In this document: positions 1 through 9,645 of the stretch, piece after piece
Layout: each line of letters starts with the position of its first letter
Numbering within the stretch: the first letter of the stretch is position 1
Program-made: the position numbers and the translations under genes
Source of the DNA: Candidatus Woesearchaeota archaeon
Lineage (GTDB): Archaea > Nanobdellota > Nanobdellia > Pacearchaeales > GW2011-AR1
Assembly: GCA_964514585.1 (NCBI GenBank)
Contig: CAZETU010000006.1
Span: 1-64,000, forward strand
Reading direction: 5' to 3'
DNA length: 64,000 nucleotides
Notes under the pieces: generated by a model
Database searches by the model: none
Seen by the model: the letters and a program-made list of their open reading frames with translations, nothing else
Told to the model about the DNA's origin: nothing

Positions 1-38
1 TATACTATTGAGGCACAAGAATCTTTAACAAATTCTCT

Positions 39-416
39 TTAAAAAGATTTTGATTGGTCGCGGAGGAGATTTTGGACTTTTTCTAAGAGGTCACATTTGA
101 GAAATGGTTTTTGCATGAAGTCGTCGACTCCGTTAGCCTTGAGTTCTTCTTTTTGACTAATTGCCATTGGCCTTGTGTCTATCAAGATGTATTTTGAGTT
201 TGAGTTTTGTTTCTTTAATTTCGTTACAAGATCTATTCCTTGCATGTCAACTAAAATGCTATCGACTATAAATAAGTCGAATTCTTCTTCTTTTGTTGCT
301 TCTAGAGTTTCTTTCCCTGAACAAGTCAATTTTACTTTGAAGTCATTACAATTTAAAAGGTGCTTTACTGCATTTCCAATGTCGACGTTGTCTTCTGCAT
401 ATAATATTTTTTTCAT
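39..416 (-). CDS. Single-domain CheY-like response regulator (receiver)
   Basis: KILYAEDN (acidic pocket), DLFIVD (phospho-acceptor Asp), DDFMQKP (conserved Lys-Pro); 125 aa with no output domain. Confidence 0.85.
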   Translation of the reverse strand: MKKILYAEDNVDIGNAVKHLLNCNDFKVKLTCSGKETLEATKEEEFDLFIVDSILVDMQGIDLVTKLKKQNSNSKYILIDTRPMAISQKEELKANGVDDFMQKPFLKCDLLEKVQNLLRDQSKSF

Positions 417-473
417 CTCTTCAATTGAAGACTTTTAGCAGAATTTAAATATCTCTTTCCCCCTAAGGGAATA

Positions 474-1208
474 GTGGATGTCTATGAGGCGCTGGATTTA
501 AGCGATGGCGAAAAGAAAGTTTATTTGGCTTTACTTAAATTGAAGGGTGCAAGTACTGGGCCCATTTACAAATCTGCTGGAGTTTCTCAATCTAAAGTTT
601 ATGAAATTCTTGATAGACTAAAAAAGAAGGGGTTGGTATCATTTATTCAAAAAAATGAGACACGATATTGGAGTCCTGCTAATCCCCTTATTTATTTAGA
701 AAAACTTTCTTGTGATATTTCTGAATTGAAACGACGTAGAGAGATTTTGAAGTGTGAATTGCCCAAACTTTTAGAAGAAGAAAAAGAACTTACTGAGGAT
801 GTTAGAGTTTTAGAGGGGTATAATGGATATCGGACTGTCATACATAGCGTTATAGAATCTCTTAAGCCTGGAGAAGAGTTGATTTTTTTTGGGTCTCCTG
901 GGAAAATTCCTGAGCCTTATTATTCTTTTCTTAAATCTATTAATTCTGATCGTTTAAGCAAGAATATCTATTTTAGAATGATTTATGGGGAGTCTAATCG
1001 CGATCTTTCAAGGAAAATTTTTGGCTTTAAAAAAACGAAAGTTAAATTTATTGATGGTCCAACACCGTCAGCAATTATTATTGGAAAAGATATTGTTGCT
1101 CTTTATTTGTTGAGCGATAAAAATAGATTTATTCTTATCAGAAGTATCGAGATGGCTAATAGTTATAGAATGTTTTTTGAGGGTATGTGGAATATTGCTC
1201 ATGATTAA
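474..1208 (+). CDS. TrmB-family transcriptional regulator
   Basis: N-terminal wHTH LSDGEKKVYLALL...SKVYEILDRLKKKGLV plus C-terminal effector-like domain; GTG start. Confidence 0.85.
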   Translation: MDVYEALDLSDGEKKVYLALLKLKGASTGPIYKSAGVSQSKVYEILDRLKKKGLVSFIQKNETRYWSPANPLIYLEKLSCDISELKRRREILKCELPKLLEEEKELTEDVRVLEGYNGYRTVIHSVIESLKPGEELIFFGSPGKIPEPYYSFLKSINSDRLSKNIYFRMIYGESNRDLSRKIFGFKKTKVKFIDGPTPSAIIIGKDIVALYLLSDKNRFILIRSIEMANSYRMFFEGMWNIAHD

Positions 1209-1240
1209 TTATTTGGAGAATTGGTTTTTAAGGCTTTGAA

Positions 1241-1483
1241 TTATTTCTTTTTTTTTACAACTTTCTTTTTTACAGAAGGTGTTTTTGTCTTTTTTCCTGA
1301 AAGAGATGTAATTTCGTTTCTTAGTTTTCTCATTTCTTCAAGAAGAGTTGCGTGGTTTAGGCTTAGGTGTTGGACCTTGTCATGAAGGTCTGAGAATGCG
1401 TCGTTTAGCATTAGCATGTCTTTTTTTACGTAGCCGAAACTTGCTGAGACATTTTTTTCTACTTGATTTGCTGATTTTTCCAT
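1241..1483 (-). CDS. Hypothetical small coiled-coil protein with Lys-rich tail
   Basis: 80-aa ORF filling the gap between genes; helical heptads then a KKK-rich C-terminus. Confidence 0.6.
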   Translation of the reverse strand: MEKSANQVEKNVSASFGYVKKDMLMLNDAFSDLHDKVQHLSLNHATLLEEMRKLRNEITSLSGKKTKTPSVKKKVVKKKK

Positions 1484-1547
1484 GATATTTCATAGATTTA
1501 TTATTTATAAAACTTCTGCTTTTCGTAACTTTAGAATTACGACGGAT

Positions 1548-2132
1548 TTATTTTCTACCAACGTATACGAAATAATTTTTTGAGACCCTTGATGCTACTG
1601 TCATGAATCCTAATCCTTCGGCTGCTCTTATGCAATCTTCTATATTTATGGAGGTATGTTTGTCGTAACATGCTTCAAAACCTTCTTTTTTGATCACCCT
1701 TCTTTCATTATCAAAGCAAAATATTTTTCTAAAATCTCTTTTAGAAGTTCCTTTTATGTTGTAATCTAAAATGAGTATTTTTCCGCCTTGTGTTAAATAG
1801 GGGTATATTTGTGAAAGTATACTTGGGTCTTCATGAAATACAAAATTGGCTCCAGCGGTTTTAAAACCTCCTTGTGTTAATTCGGCTATAGAATTTGAAA
1901 ATGTTATGTTTGGCTGGCTTGTTTTATGATGTAATTCTCTTGCTTTTTTGATTTGATTTGGATCTGGATCATAACCAACTATTAAAGATTCTCTTTTGCT
2001 CATTGACTCTATTATTGAACTAAGGCCATTGCCACATCCAAAATCAAGATGGGGATTCCCTATATTTGAGATTATGTTTTCTCTAAATAGAGTTGACACT
2101 TCTTGAAAATTTGCATATTTACGTATACTCAT
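1548..2132 (-). CDS. Class I SAM-dependent methyltransferase
   Basis: Motif I LDFGCGNG, GYDPD, and LTQGGKILILD post-motif. Confidence 0.8.
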   Translation of the reverse strand: MSIRKYANFQEVSTLFRENIISNIGNPHLDFGCGNGLSSIIESMSKRESLIVGYDPDPNQIKKARELHHKTSQPNITFSNSIAELTQGGFKTAGANFVFHEDPSILSQIYPYLTQGGKILILDYNIKGTSKRDFRKIFCFDNERRVIKKEGFEACYDKHTSINIEDCIRAAEGLGFMTVASRVSKNYFVYVGRK

Positions 2133-2182
2133 AAAAAATTAAATTTGGAATGGTTTATAAGAGTATTTGATTTGGGTTGAAT

Positions 2183-3364
2183 ATGGGAAAGTATGAACTT
2201 TTGGCTCCGGTTGGGGATTTTAAAAATTTATATACAGCGATTGAAGCTGGGGCTGATGCGGTATACTTTGGGATTCGGGGACTGAATATGAGGGCTGCGG
2301 CTAAGAATTTTGGGATTAGAGATATTCCTCGGATTCGAAAAATTTGTGATTTGAAAAATGTGAAGATGTATTTGACTTTAAATACGGTGATGTATGATGG
2401 GGATTTGAAGACGATTGAGAAGATCGTTAAGGTTGCTCAGGGTAAGGTTGATGCGATTATATGTTGGGATATGGCGGTTATTGAACTTTGTCGGAAGTAT
2501 AAGATTTCTTTTCATGTTTCGACTCAGGCGTCTGTTTCTAACGTGATGGCAGCTAAATTTTATAAGAAACTTGGGGCTAAGAGAGTTGTTTTGGCTAGAG
2601 AACTTTCTTTGAATCAAATTAAAAAGATTGCTAAGGTTATTGATGTTGAGTGTTTTTGTCATGGGGCGATGTGTGTTGCGGTTTCGGGTAGGTGTTTTAT
2701 GTCGCAGTATATTCATGGGTTGTCGGCAAACAGGGGACAGTGTGCTCAACTTTGTCGAAGGACTTGGAATGTTAAGGATGATTCTGGTAATGAGTTGAAG
2801 TTGGAAAACTCCAGGGTTATGTCTGCTAAGGATTTGTGTACTCTGCCATTTGTTGATAAAATGAAAAAAGCGGGAATCGTTTCGTTTAAAATTGAGGGGA
2901 GGAATCGGGGACCTGAGTATGTTAAGGTTGTTGTTGAGGAATATCGGAAAGCCTTGGATGGGGATTTGAGTAGGGCTGAAATTATTGAGGGTATTGAAAA
3001 TTTAAAGAAGGTATACCATCGGGGTTTTAGTTCTGGATTTTTCTTGAAGATGCCGACTTCGGATGATTTTTCGTTTAGTGAAAATGGAGAGCAAAATGAG
3101 AAGAAGAAATTTGTTGGAAAAGTTTTCAAGTATTGGCCGAAGGTGGGAGCTGCTTCTGTTAAGATGAATGCTGGGAAATTGAGTGTTGGCGATGAGGTTT
3201 ATGTTATTGGAAATAATAAGGCGATAAAGAGAGCGGTTGTTAAGAGTATTGAGCTAGAAAGGAAGGAAGTTGTGGTTTGCAAGAAGGGCGACGAGGTTGG
3301 AGTTGATTTTGGAGTTAAGGTTGGAAATGGTGACGATGTTTATGTTATCAAAAAAGCTAAATAG
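2183..3364 (+). CDS. U32 peptidase-family protein (TrhP/RlhA-like RNA hydroxylase)
   Basis: ELLAPVG, GADAVYFG, HGAMCVAVSGRC, NRGQCAQLCR Fe-S cysteines, FKIEGR; C-terminal beta-barrel. ATG at 2183 (ORF track starts at TTG 2177). Confidence 0.9.
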   Translation: MGKYELLAPVGDFKNLYTAIEAGADAVYFGIRGLNMRAAAKNFGIRDIPRIRKICDLKNVKMYLTLNTVMYDGDLKTIEKIVKVAQGKVDAIICWDMAVIELCRKYKISFHVSTQASVSNVMAAKFYKKLGAKRVVLARELSLNQIKKIAKVIDVECFCHGAMCVAVSGRCFMSQYIHGLSANRGQCAQLCRRTWNVKDDSGNELKLENSRVMSAKDLCTLPFVDKMKKAGIVSFKIEGRNRGPEYVKVVVEEYRKALDGDLSRAEIIEGIENLKKVYHRGFSSGFFLKMPTSDDFSFSENGEQNEKKKFVGKVFKYWPKVGAASVKMNAGKLSVGDEVYVIGNNKAIKRAVVKSIELERKEVVVCKKGDEVGVDFGVKVGNGDDVYVIKKAK

Positions 3365-3383
3365 GTTTTAGGTATGTAGTTTC

Positions 3384-4466
3384 ATGGAGAAGAGGGGAAT
3401 ATCTGCGATTGTTGCGAGTGTGTTAATAATTTTAATTACTATTGCTGGAGTTACGATTCTTTGGGCGGCAGTTATTCCTATGATTAAAAATAGTATTGAG
3501 TTGAGTAATCTTTGTTTTGATGCTAAGCTGATGATTGATGGTTCGAGTGGATATACTTGTTATGATTTTGAATCTAATGTTGTTTCAGTTTCTGTTAGCA
3601 AGGGAGTTTCTGTTGGTATTTCAAAAGTTGATTTTGCCTTTATTGTTGATGGGAATTCTCATGAGACGAGCAGGACTTTTTCTGGAGGTGTCAATGAGGG
3701 TGAGGTTTTTTATTTTGTTCTCGATGGTGATTTGGAGGAGATACGTGTTTCGCCGATAGTTACTAATGGTCGGTCTGAGAAAGTTTGTGATGCTGTTTCT
3801 ATTACTCCTGAGGTAAAAAATTGTGATATTAACGCCGCTGAGTCTAATATTGAGAATGAATATGTCGCGTATTGGAAACTCGAGAATGATACGAGTGAAG
3901 TTACTGAGAGATTTGATGGGACAACCGCTGGAATTGTTGGTGATACCGAGGGAAGAAATGGAATTGGTCGGGGTTTGATTTTTGATGGGAGTGGGGGGTA
4001 TATGGGGATTAATGATCCAATTAATCTTCAAGGTAAGAATTTTACTATTAGTCATTGGATAAAAACGACAACTATATTATCTCAGCAGTACACTGTGGCT
4101 AATACGGGGAATGGTAATGGATATAGGTTTGGAGTTCATGCAGGAGATCTTCAGTTTTTGGCGGGGATAAATATGACTAATTATACTGAACAAACTTGTC
4201 CAAGTGATATACAAATTAATGACGGGGAGTGGCACATGATAAGTGGGGTTTTTATTTATGGAGATGCGTTTTATGGTTATGTCGATGGCGAGTTTCAATG
4301 TTCTGTTGATATTGACGCTTATCCAACAATGTGGGACCGGGGGCCGAGAATTGGGACATCTTATTGTTGTCATAATTACGATGGAGAAATTGATGAGGTG
4401 GGGATATACAATAGAGGGTTGAGTGCTGATGAAATTGAGCAACTTTATCGGCTTCAAAAAGATTAA
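3384..4466 (+). CDS. Archaeal pilin-like protein (class III signal peptide) fused to a LamG/concanavalin-like domain
   Basis: MEKRG|ISAIVASVLIILITI class III signal; C-terminal VAYWKLE...WHMISGVF...YVDG...GEIDEVGIYNRGLSADEI. Confidence 0.85.
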   Translation: MEKRGISAIVASVLIILITIAGVTILWAAVIPMIKNSIELSNLCFDAKLMIDGSSGYTCYDFESNVVSVSVSKGVSVGISKVDFAFIVDGNSHETSRTFSGGVNEGEVFYFVLDGDLEEIRVSPIVTNGRSEKVCDAVSITPEVKNCDINAAESNIENEYVAYWKLENDTSEVTERFDGTTAGIVGDTEGRNGIGRGLIFDGSGGYMGINDPINLQGKNFTISHWIKTTTILSQQYTVANTGNGNGYRFGVHAGDLQFLAGINMTNYTEQTCPSDIQINDGEWHMISGVFIYGDAFYGYVDGEFQCSVDIDAYPTMWDRGPRIGTSYCCHNYDGEIDEVGIYNRGLSADEIEQLYRLQKD

Positions 4467-4489
4467 ATAGTATGACTCAATATATTTAT

Positions 4490-4972
4490 ATGGATAAGAG
4501 GGGGGTATCTACGGTTGTTGCTGTAGTTTTGTTGCTTTTGGCTGTTGTAATTGCGGTTTCACTTGTTTGGACGATGGTTGTTCCGCCGATTAGAGATAAG
4601 ATGATTTTGGAGCAACTTTGTTCTGAGGTAGATATTGAGATTGTTGGGGGGCGAGATAGTACTTGTTTTGATACGACGACTAGTGGTGTTGGTGTTAAGC
4701 TAGATAGGGGAAGCAGCGAGAATGCTATCTCCGAATTTCAGATTATCTTTTCTTTTGATGGGAATTCTAATAAAACAGAAAGAAGTTTTAGTGCTGGGGA
4801 TCATCCTCGTGAGGTTTTTGACTTTTGTTTTTGGGATGGTGTTAGCTCTTGTATTGAGCCTAATGGTGTATCTGTTGCACCAATAATAACTTATGGTAAG
4901 ACGAAGAGGGTTTGTGATATTGTGTCAACAATAGATGAATTTCCACCTTGTTCATCAGGGGTTGCTCCGTAA
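4490..4972 (+). CDS. Archaeal pilin-like protein (class III signal peptide)
   Basis: MDKRG|VSTVVAVVLLLLAVV; paralogous to the N-terminal half of the 3384 gene (LC..., VS(V)API.T.G...(R/K)VCD). ATG 4490 preferred over 4472. Confidence 0.8.
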   Translation: MDKRGVSTVVAVVLLLLAVVIAVSLVWTMVVPPIRDKMILEQLCSEVDIEIVGGRDSTCFDTTTSGVGVKLDRGSSENAISEFQIIFSFDGNSNKTERSFSAGDHPREVFDFCFWDGVSSCIEPNGVSVAPIITYGKTKRVCDIVSTIDEFPPCSSGVAP

Positions 4973-5010
4973 TGAAAAAATTTAAGTAAGGAAATTCTGT
5001 TATTTATTTA

Positions 5011-5087
5011 TCATAGTCATTGCAACTAAGGCTGCAGTGATTGGGCCGTTCACACGCGGCGTGTGCGGCCCGCTCATAGTTTTTTTG
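5011..5087 (+). ncRNA. Candidate small structured RNA (two hairpins), or a strong terminator of the pilin genes
   Basis: GC-rich island: stem TCATTGCA/TGCAGTGA (5017-5040); stem GGGCCG-TT-CACACG/CGTGTG-CGGCCC (5043-5071); T-tract 5080-5086; TATA-like TTTAAGTA at 4981. Confidence 0.45.
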
Positions 5088-5177
5088 ATGTTTGTCGAGG
5101 ATAAAAATACTTTTTTGGTCTTAAAGCACCTAACTTAGTTTAAATAATACATATACTCAATCACAATAATCCTTAAA

Positions 5178-5196
5178 TAGTGTATAATATACACTA
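5178..5196. promoter_or_regulatory. Putative NrtR operator overlapping the TATA box and start site of the NAD operon
   Basis: Perfect 19-bp palindrome TAGTGTATA-A-TATACACTA containing GT-N7-AC; TTAAATA at 5173-5179; ATG at 5201; nrtR closes the same operon. Confidence 0.75.
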
Positions 5197-5200
5197 AGGT

Positions 5201-6346
5201 ATGGAAAAAACAACTCAAAATAAAATGCGAGAATATACGGATAAGTATTTCCTTAGAAGCAAAGAGATATTGAAAGCTAAGGAATTGAACCCTTGGGTAA
5301 ATATGCAAGTGTTTGTTCGAACTGGTCCTGGGAAGACGGCGGGAATAAATGAGGCAGTGAATTTAATTATGGAAAATAGTGATATTGCTGCACAGGGTGG
5401 TAGAATTTATGCTAAGGGTGATGGAGTTGATTATGCTCCAAGCGAGACTCAGATGAATATTGTTGCACCTATTCAAAGTATTATTGAGCTTGAGACTGTT
5501 TATCTTGGACCAATTGCGGCTGGCGTGACTCGAGAGAATGATGGGAAGGATTTGGATTTTAATGCGATTGGTCAACAGATGAGGCAGGTTGTTGATTTGG
5601 CTGGGGACAGGCCGGTTTTGTATTTCGGTGCTAGACACTGGCATTGGACTTATGATAGTGCTCTTGCGAATTTGGCTTTTGAGAATGGATGTGCTGCGGT
5701 TGCAACTGATAATGGAGCTAGACCTCGAGGGAAAGAGGGAGTTGGAACTATACCTCATGCTCTTGAGAATGTTTTTGCTTATTACTATGGTAGAGAGAAT
5801 GCTGTTGTTGAGTCTACTCGGGCTTTTGATGAAGTGATTGATCTAAGTGTTCCACGAATTGCTTTGGTTGATTATAACAATAGGGAGAGTACTGATACGT
5901 TGAATACTGCTGTGGCACTTGAAGGTAGATTGACTGGCGTTCGAGTTGATACTTGTGGAGAGAATTTAGCTGAAGGTGGTCAGATGGGGAATAGAAAATA
6001 TTGGCAAGGGAAGGGCGTTACTGTCGAGGGTGTTTATGCTTTGCGAAAGAGATTGAATGAGGAAGGGCACGAGGGCGTTGGGATAATTTTGAGTAGCGGG
6101 TTTAGTAATCCTGAAAAAGTTAAGGCGTTTAACGACGGTGAGGCTAAATATGGGATGCCGCTTTATACTGGGATTGGAGCTGGTTTTCTTGATGGGATTC
6201 GGACTGCAACTGCTGATGTTGTTGCTGTTGGTGAGACTCGTGATATGGTGGACTTTTATACTGGTAATGGTGTTGAGGCTAAAAATGTTGTTCACAAGGT
6301 TGGAAGGCCGCCTAGGTTAAATAAAAGTTTGAGGAGGGTGGCATGA
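5201..6346 (+). CDS. pncB: Nicotinate phosphoribosyltransferase
   Basis: YTDKYFLRS, YFGARHWH, GTIPHAL, ALVDYNN, GVRVDT, ILSSGF motifs of type II PRTases; NAD operon context. NAMPT activity is not excluded. Confidence 0.85.
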   Translation: MEKTTQNKMREYTDKYFLRSKEILKAKELNPWVNMQVFVRTGPGKTAGINEAVNLIMENSDIAAQGGRIYAKGDGVDYAPSETQMNIVAPIQSIIELETVYLGPIAAGVTRENDGKDLDFNAIGQQMRQVVDLAGDRPVLYFGARHWHWTYDSALANLAFENGCAAVATDNGARPRGKEGVGTIPHALENVFAYYYGRENAVVESTRAFDEVIDLSVPRIALVDYNNRESTDTLNTAVALEGRLTGVRVDTCGENLAEGGQMGNRKYWQGKGVTVEGVYALRKRLNEEGHEGVGIILSSGFSNPEKVKAFNDGEAKYGMPLYTGIGAGFLDGIRTATADVVAVGETRDMVDFYTGNGVEAKNVVHKVGRPPRLNKSLRRVA

Positions 6347-7080
6347 GAACTGATACGGCGGTTTATGAGACTGATGTTCAGGGAGATTTCGTTTATAGGA
6401 CGGGTGCGCTTTTTGTTAATGGGCAGAAGGGCTGGACGAATAAGCCATATGGGGCTGAGGCGAGATTGCCAAATGTGATTGAGCTCCATAATTATGCTGA
6501 GGCGACTGGGATGAGAATTTTGGGTTCAGTTGATCGTCATTTTTACGAAGATGTGGAATTGATAAGGAATGAGGGTGGAGTCTTTGATGATCACTGTATG
6601 AATGGGACTGAAGGACAGTTGAGGATTAAAGAGCTGGAGCCGCAAAAGGATATTTATGTTCGTGCTAAGGACGGTCCTCTTTTAGGAATTAGGAATTATA
6701 CTGTCGGAGAATTGGATGCTTTTGTTAAATCGGGAATGCATCTTATTTTTGAGAAGCAAAGTTATGATGTTGTTACTAATCCTAATTTTGATGTTGCATT
6801 GAGACAACTTGCTGGCGATGGTTTGCGTAAGATTATTGTGAATGGATTTGCGACAGATTATTGTGTTAGGGCTGCGGTTGAAGGGATGGCTAAAATTAGA
6901 GATGCTCGTGGTTTGGATTTGCAGCTTTATGTTGTAAGAGATGCTGTTGAGGAAGTTAATATAGATTTTACCGGGAATGTCGACATGGATTTTGGAAAGA
7001 AGGCCCTAGAAGAAATGGTGGGTGCCGAGATTAGAGCAAAATTGGTAACTACTGCTGATGTTTTGGAGGGGAAAATATGA
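6343..7080 (+). CDS. pncA: Nicotinamidase / isochorismatase-family cysteine hydrolase
   Basis: DVQGDF, DRH, HCM.GT.G, FEK, GFATDYCV catalytic motifs; start overlaps the pncB stop (ATGA). Confidence 0.85.
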   Translation: MRTDTAVYETDVQGDFVYRTGALFVNGQKGWTNKPYGAEARLPNVIELHNYAEATGMRILGSVDRHFYEDVELIRNEGGVFDDHCMNGTEGQLRIKELEPQKDIYVRAKDGPLLGIRNYTVGELDAFVKSGMHLIFEKQSYDVVTNPNFDVALRQLAGDGLRKIIVNGFATDYCVRAAVEGMAKIRDARGLDLQLYVVRDAVEEVNIDFTGNVDMDFGKKALEEMVGAEIRAKLVTTADVLEGKI

Positions 7081-8006
7081 AAAGAATAATTTTACCGACA
7101 ATGAATCCGGAGAAAGTTGCTGATCAGATTGGAGAATTTATTTTGAATGAGATTGTTCCGATTAAATATACTGGTGCGGTTATTGGACTTAGTGGCGGAG
7201 TTGATTCGACGGTTGTTGCGGGATTGGCGAAAAGGGCTTTTGAAAAGTACAATAGAGATAATGATGCTGATTTGGTTTTGAGGGGGTATATCTTGCCGTC
7301 TAAAGTTAATCATAGTGACGATGCGCGTGATGGGATATTGGTTGCTGAGAAGCTTGGCATACCTTATGAAGTTTTGGAAATTGAGCCTTTGGCGGAGGCT
7401 TTTAGGACGACTAATCCTGAGACTTTTGAGAAATCGTATCATGTTGGGAATTTGTACTCGGAACTTCGGGCTACTGTTTTGCATCGGAAAGCTGGAGCTG
7501 AAACGAAGTTGGTTTTAGGGACGGGAAATCGTGGGGAGGATTTTGGTGTTGGGTATTATACTTTGTTTGGGGATGGTGCGGTTCACTTGAGTCCGATAGG
7601 TGGATTGTCTAAAAGATTGGTTCGCGAGATGGCGGTATACCTGGGATTTGAGGAATTGGCGGATAGGGTTCCGAGTGCTGGGTTGGAAGATGGGCAAACT
7701 GATTTTAAGGATCTTGGATATAGTTATGATTTTGTTGAATTATTAGACGAAGGCAGAAAGCAGGGTTTTGATTCGGAGGAGTTAGTGGAGCATTTACAAA
7801 TAATTGAAATGTTTGATGTCGAGAAGGGTAAATATGAAGGTAGTTACGAGAAAGCTAAGTTTGAAAATGTCGAGGATGCTATTGGAGATATTCATTTCCG
7901 TGGGAAGATATCTAGGATAAAAGCGAGGATAGTTTGTCCTCCTGTTTGTGAAGTAAATTTGGATTATGATTGGGATCCTCAAGTTAAGCTTGAGAATTTA
8001 AATTAA
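7077..8006 (+). CDS. nadE: NH3-dependent NAD+ synthetase
   Basis: GLSGGVDS PP-loop, GTGN..E...GYYTLFGDGA, PIGGLSK, PSAGLEDGQTD. Confidence 0.92.
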   Translation: MKRIILPTMNPEKVADQIGEFILNEIVPIKYTGAVIGLSGGVDSTVVAGLAKRAFEKYNRDNDADLVLRGYILPSKVNHSDDARDGILVAEKLGIPYEVLEIEPLAEAFRTTNPETFEKSYHVGNLYSELRATVLHRKAGAETKLVLGTGNRGEDFGVGYYTLFGDGAVHLSPIGGLSKRLVREMAVYLGFEELADRVPSAGLEDGQTDFKDLGYSYDFVELLDEGRKQGFDSEELVEHLQIIEMFDVEKGKYEGSYEKAKFENVEDAIGDIHFRGKISRIKARIVCPPVCEVNLDYDWDPQVKLENLN

Positions 8007-8018
8007 GAAGCTTGCAAG

Positions 8019-9242
8019 ATGTTTAATGAAGATTTTTTTCAGAAGTTTAGAAAGGTATTGGTTTTAGGTACTGGAGGAGGAAATGATATCGTTAGTGCCA
8101 CGGTTGTGGCTTCGTATTTTACAAATAGAGGAATTGAATGTGATGTTGCGGGGATATTGAGTCCTGGAGCTGTTCATTATTTTGATGGTAAATTAGAGAG
8201 GGTGGTTAATAGGATTGGGGACAATGTGTCTAGATTTATAGACGGTAAAAAACCTAAGCAAATTTCTTTTGTTGATGCTAATCTGCCTGTTTGGGCTAGG
8301 GAAGAAGGTTATACTGTTGGGAATTTTTATGATTTTTCTTTGAGAAAGGGGACTGAAGAATTGGTTAATGGGGTTAATCGTTTGATTGAAGAGAATGGAT
8401 ATGATTTGCTTCTTGGTGTAGATGTGGGCGGAGATATTTTGGGAAGAATTGGTAAGGATCGTAATTTGCTTTCGCCTCAGATGGATTTTTCGACATTGTA
8501 TCTTTTGGGGAAGGCAGGGGTTAAGTCTTACTTGTGTGAATTTGGGCTGGGTACAGATGGTGAGTTGAGGCCTGAGGGCATGAGAGAGATATTGAAAGAG
8601 TTGAGAGAAGAAGGCGTTGTGTTATCTGAGGGGGAAATTAAATTGGAGGATCCAGAGACTGAACAGTTTAAGAGACTTTATGAAAAAGTTTCAAAAGTAA
8701 GGGCGGGGCATACACAATTTATAACATTGAAAACTTTGGTTGCTAATCCTAAAGAGGATTTGGCGTTAAGTTATCACTCGAGATATAATCTTGGGAGTAA
8801 AATAATTGATAATGAGTTTGAAGTAGTAATCCCGAAAGAAACATTTGGTAAGACTTTTTTATTGGATGCTAAGAAATTGGCTGGACTGAGGACTGAGACT
8901 GCATTTGGCTATAGGAATTCTCTTGAGCAATTTTTAAGATTGAAGGAGAATGCCCCAGAGTGGAAAACGGAAATGGATTTGTGCTATACGGAAATAAGTG
9001 GTAAGAAGGTTTATGTTTTGACCCCGTCGACAAATGTCCCATCAAGTCTGAGAAGGGAAATTCTTAAGGAGGGGCTGGGTAATTTAGAGCGAGGCGAAGC
9101 AGATTATGTATTAGTATTAAATCGTGATAAAGATTACATTGGTCAGAATTTATTTACAAGTGAAGTCGGGAAGTTTGTGTTGGTTTCAACCTCGTCTGTT
9201 ATGGATGAAGTAAAGGGGGTTTTGGAAGATGCCGTTTGTTAA
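8019..9242 (+). CDS. DUF1152-family protein of unknown function, with C-terminal extension
   Basis: VLVLGTGGGND, LLGVDVGGDIL, SPQMD, EFGLGTDGEL match the DUF1152 pattern as recalled. Confidence 0.7.
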   Translation: MFNEDFFQKFRKVLVLGTGGGNDIVSATVVASYFTNRGIECDVAGILSPGAVHYFDGKLERVVNRIGDNVSRFIDGKKPKQISFVDANLPVWAREEGYTVGNFYDFSLRKGTEELVNGVNRLIEENGYDLLLGVDVGGDILGRIGKDRNLLSPQMDFSTLYLLGKAGVKSYLCEFGLGTDGELRPEGMREILKELREEGVVLSEGEIKLEDPETEQFKRLYEKVSKVRAGHTQFITLKTLVANPKEDLALSYHSRYNLGSKIIDNEFEVVIPKETFGKTFLLDAKKLAGLRTETAFGYRNSLEQFLRLKENAPEWKTEMDLCYTEISGKKVYVLTPSTNVPSSLRREILKEGLGNLERGEADYVLVLNRDKDYIGQNLFTSEVGKFVLVSTSSVMDEVKGVLEDAVC

Positions 9243-9645
9243 GTATGTGAATCCTGCTGCTACGGCGGATATTATTTTAGAGAATGATTCTGGTGAGGTT
9301 CTTTTGATTAGGAGAGGAGAGGAGCCTTATGTTGGTAAGTGGGCGTTGCCTGGTGGTCATATTGAGTATGGGGTTGAAACTCTTGAGGAGTGTGTTGCTC
9401 GAGAGTTGAAAGAAGAGACTGATGTTGAGGTTGAGGTTGATGATTTAACTTTGTTGGATAATTATTCTAAACCTGGCAGGGATCCTCGAGGACATTATAT
9501 TACGCATGTTTATTTTGCTAAAAAATTCAAAGGTATACCTAAGGCTAATGATGATGCAATGGACGCTCGGTGGTGGAGCTTGAGTGATTTGCCTGAGTTG
9601 GCGTTTGATCATGCGGATATTTTGAGGGACTATAGGGCAAGATGA
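9229..9645 (+). CDS. NUDIX hydrolase (ADP-ribose pyrophosphatase-like)
   Basis: WALPGGHIEYGVETLEECVARELKEET Nudix box; RDPRGHYIT, DDA, LAFDH. Confidence 0.88.
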   Translation: MPFVKYVNPAATADIILENDSGEVLLIRRGEEPYVGKWALPGGHIEYGVETLEECVARELKEETDVEVEVDDLTLLDNYSKPGRDPRGHYITHVYFAKKFKGIPKANDDAMDARWWSLSDLPELAFDHADILRDYRAR

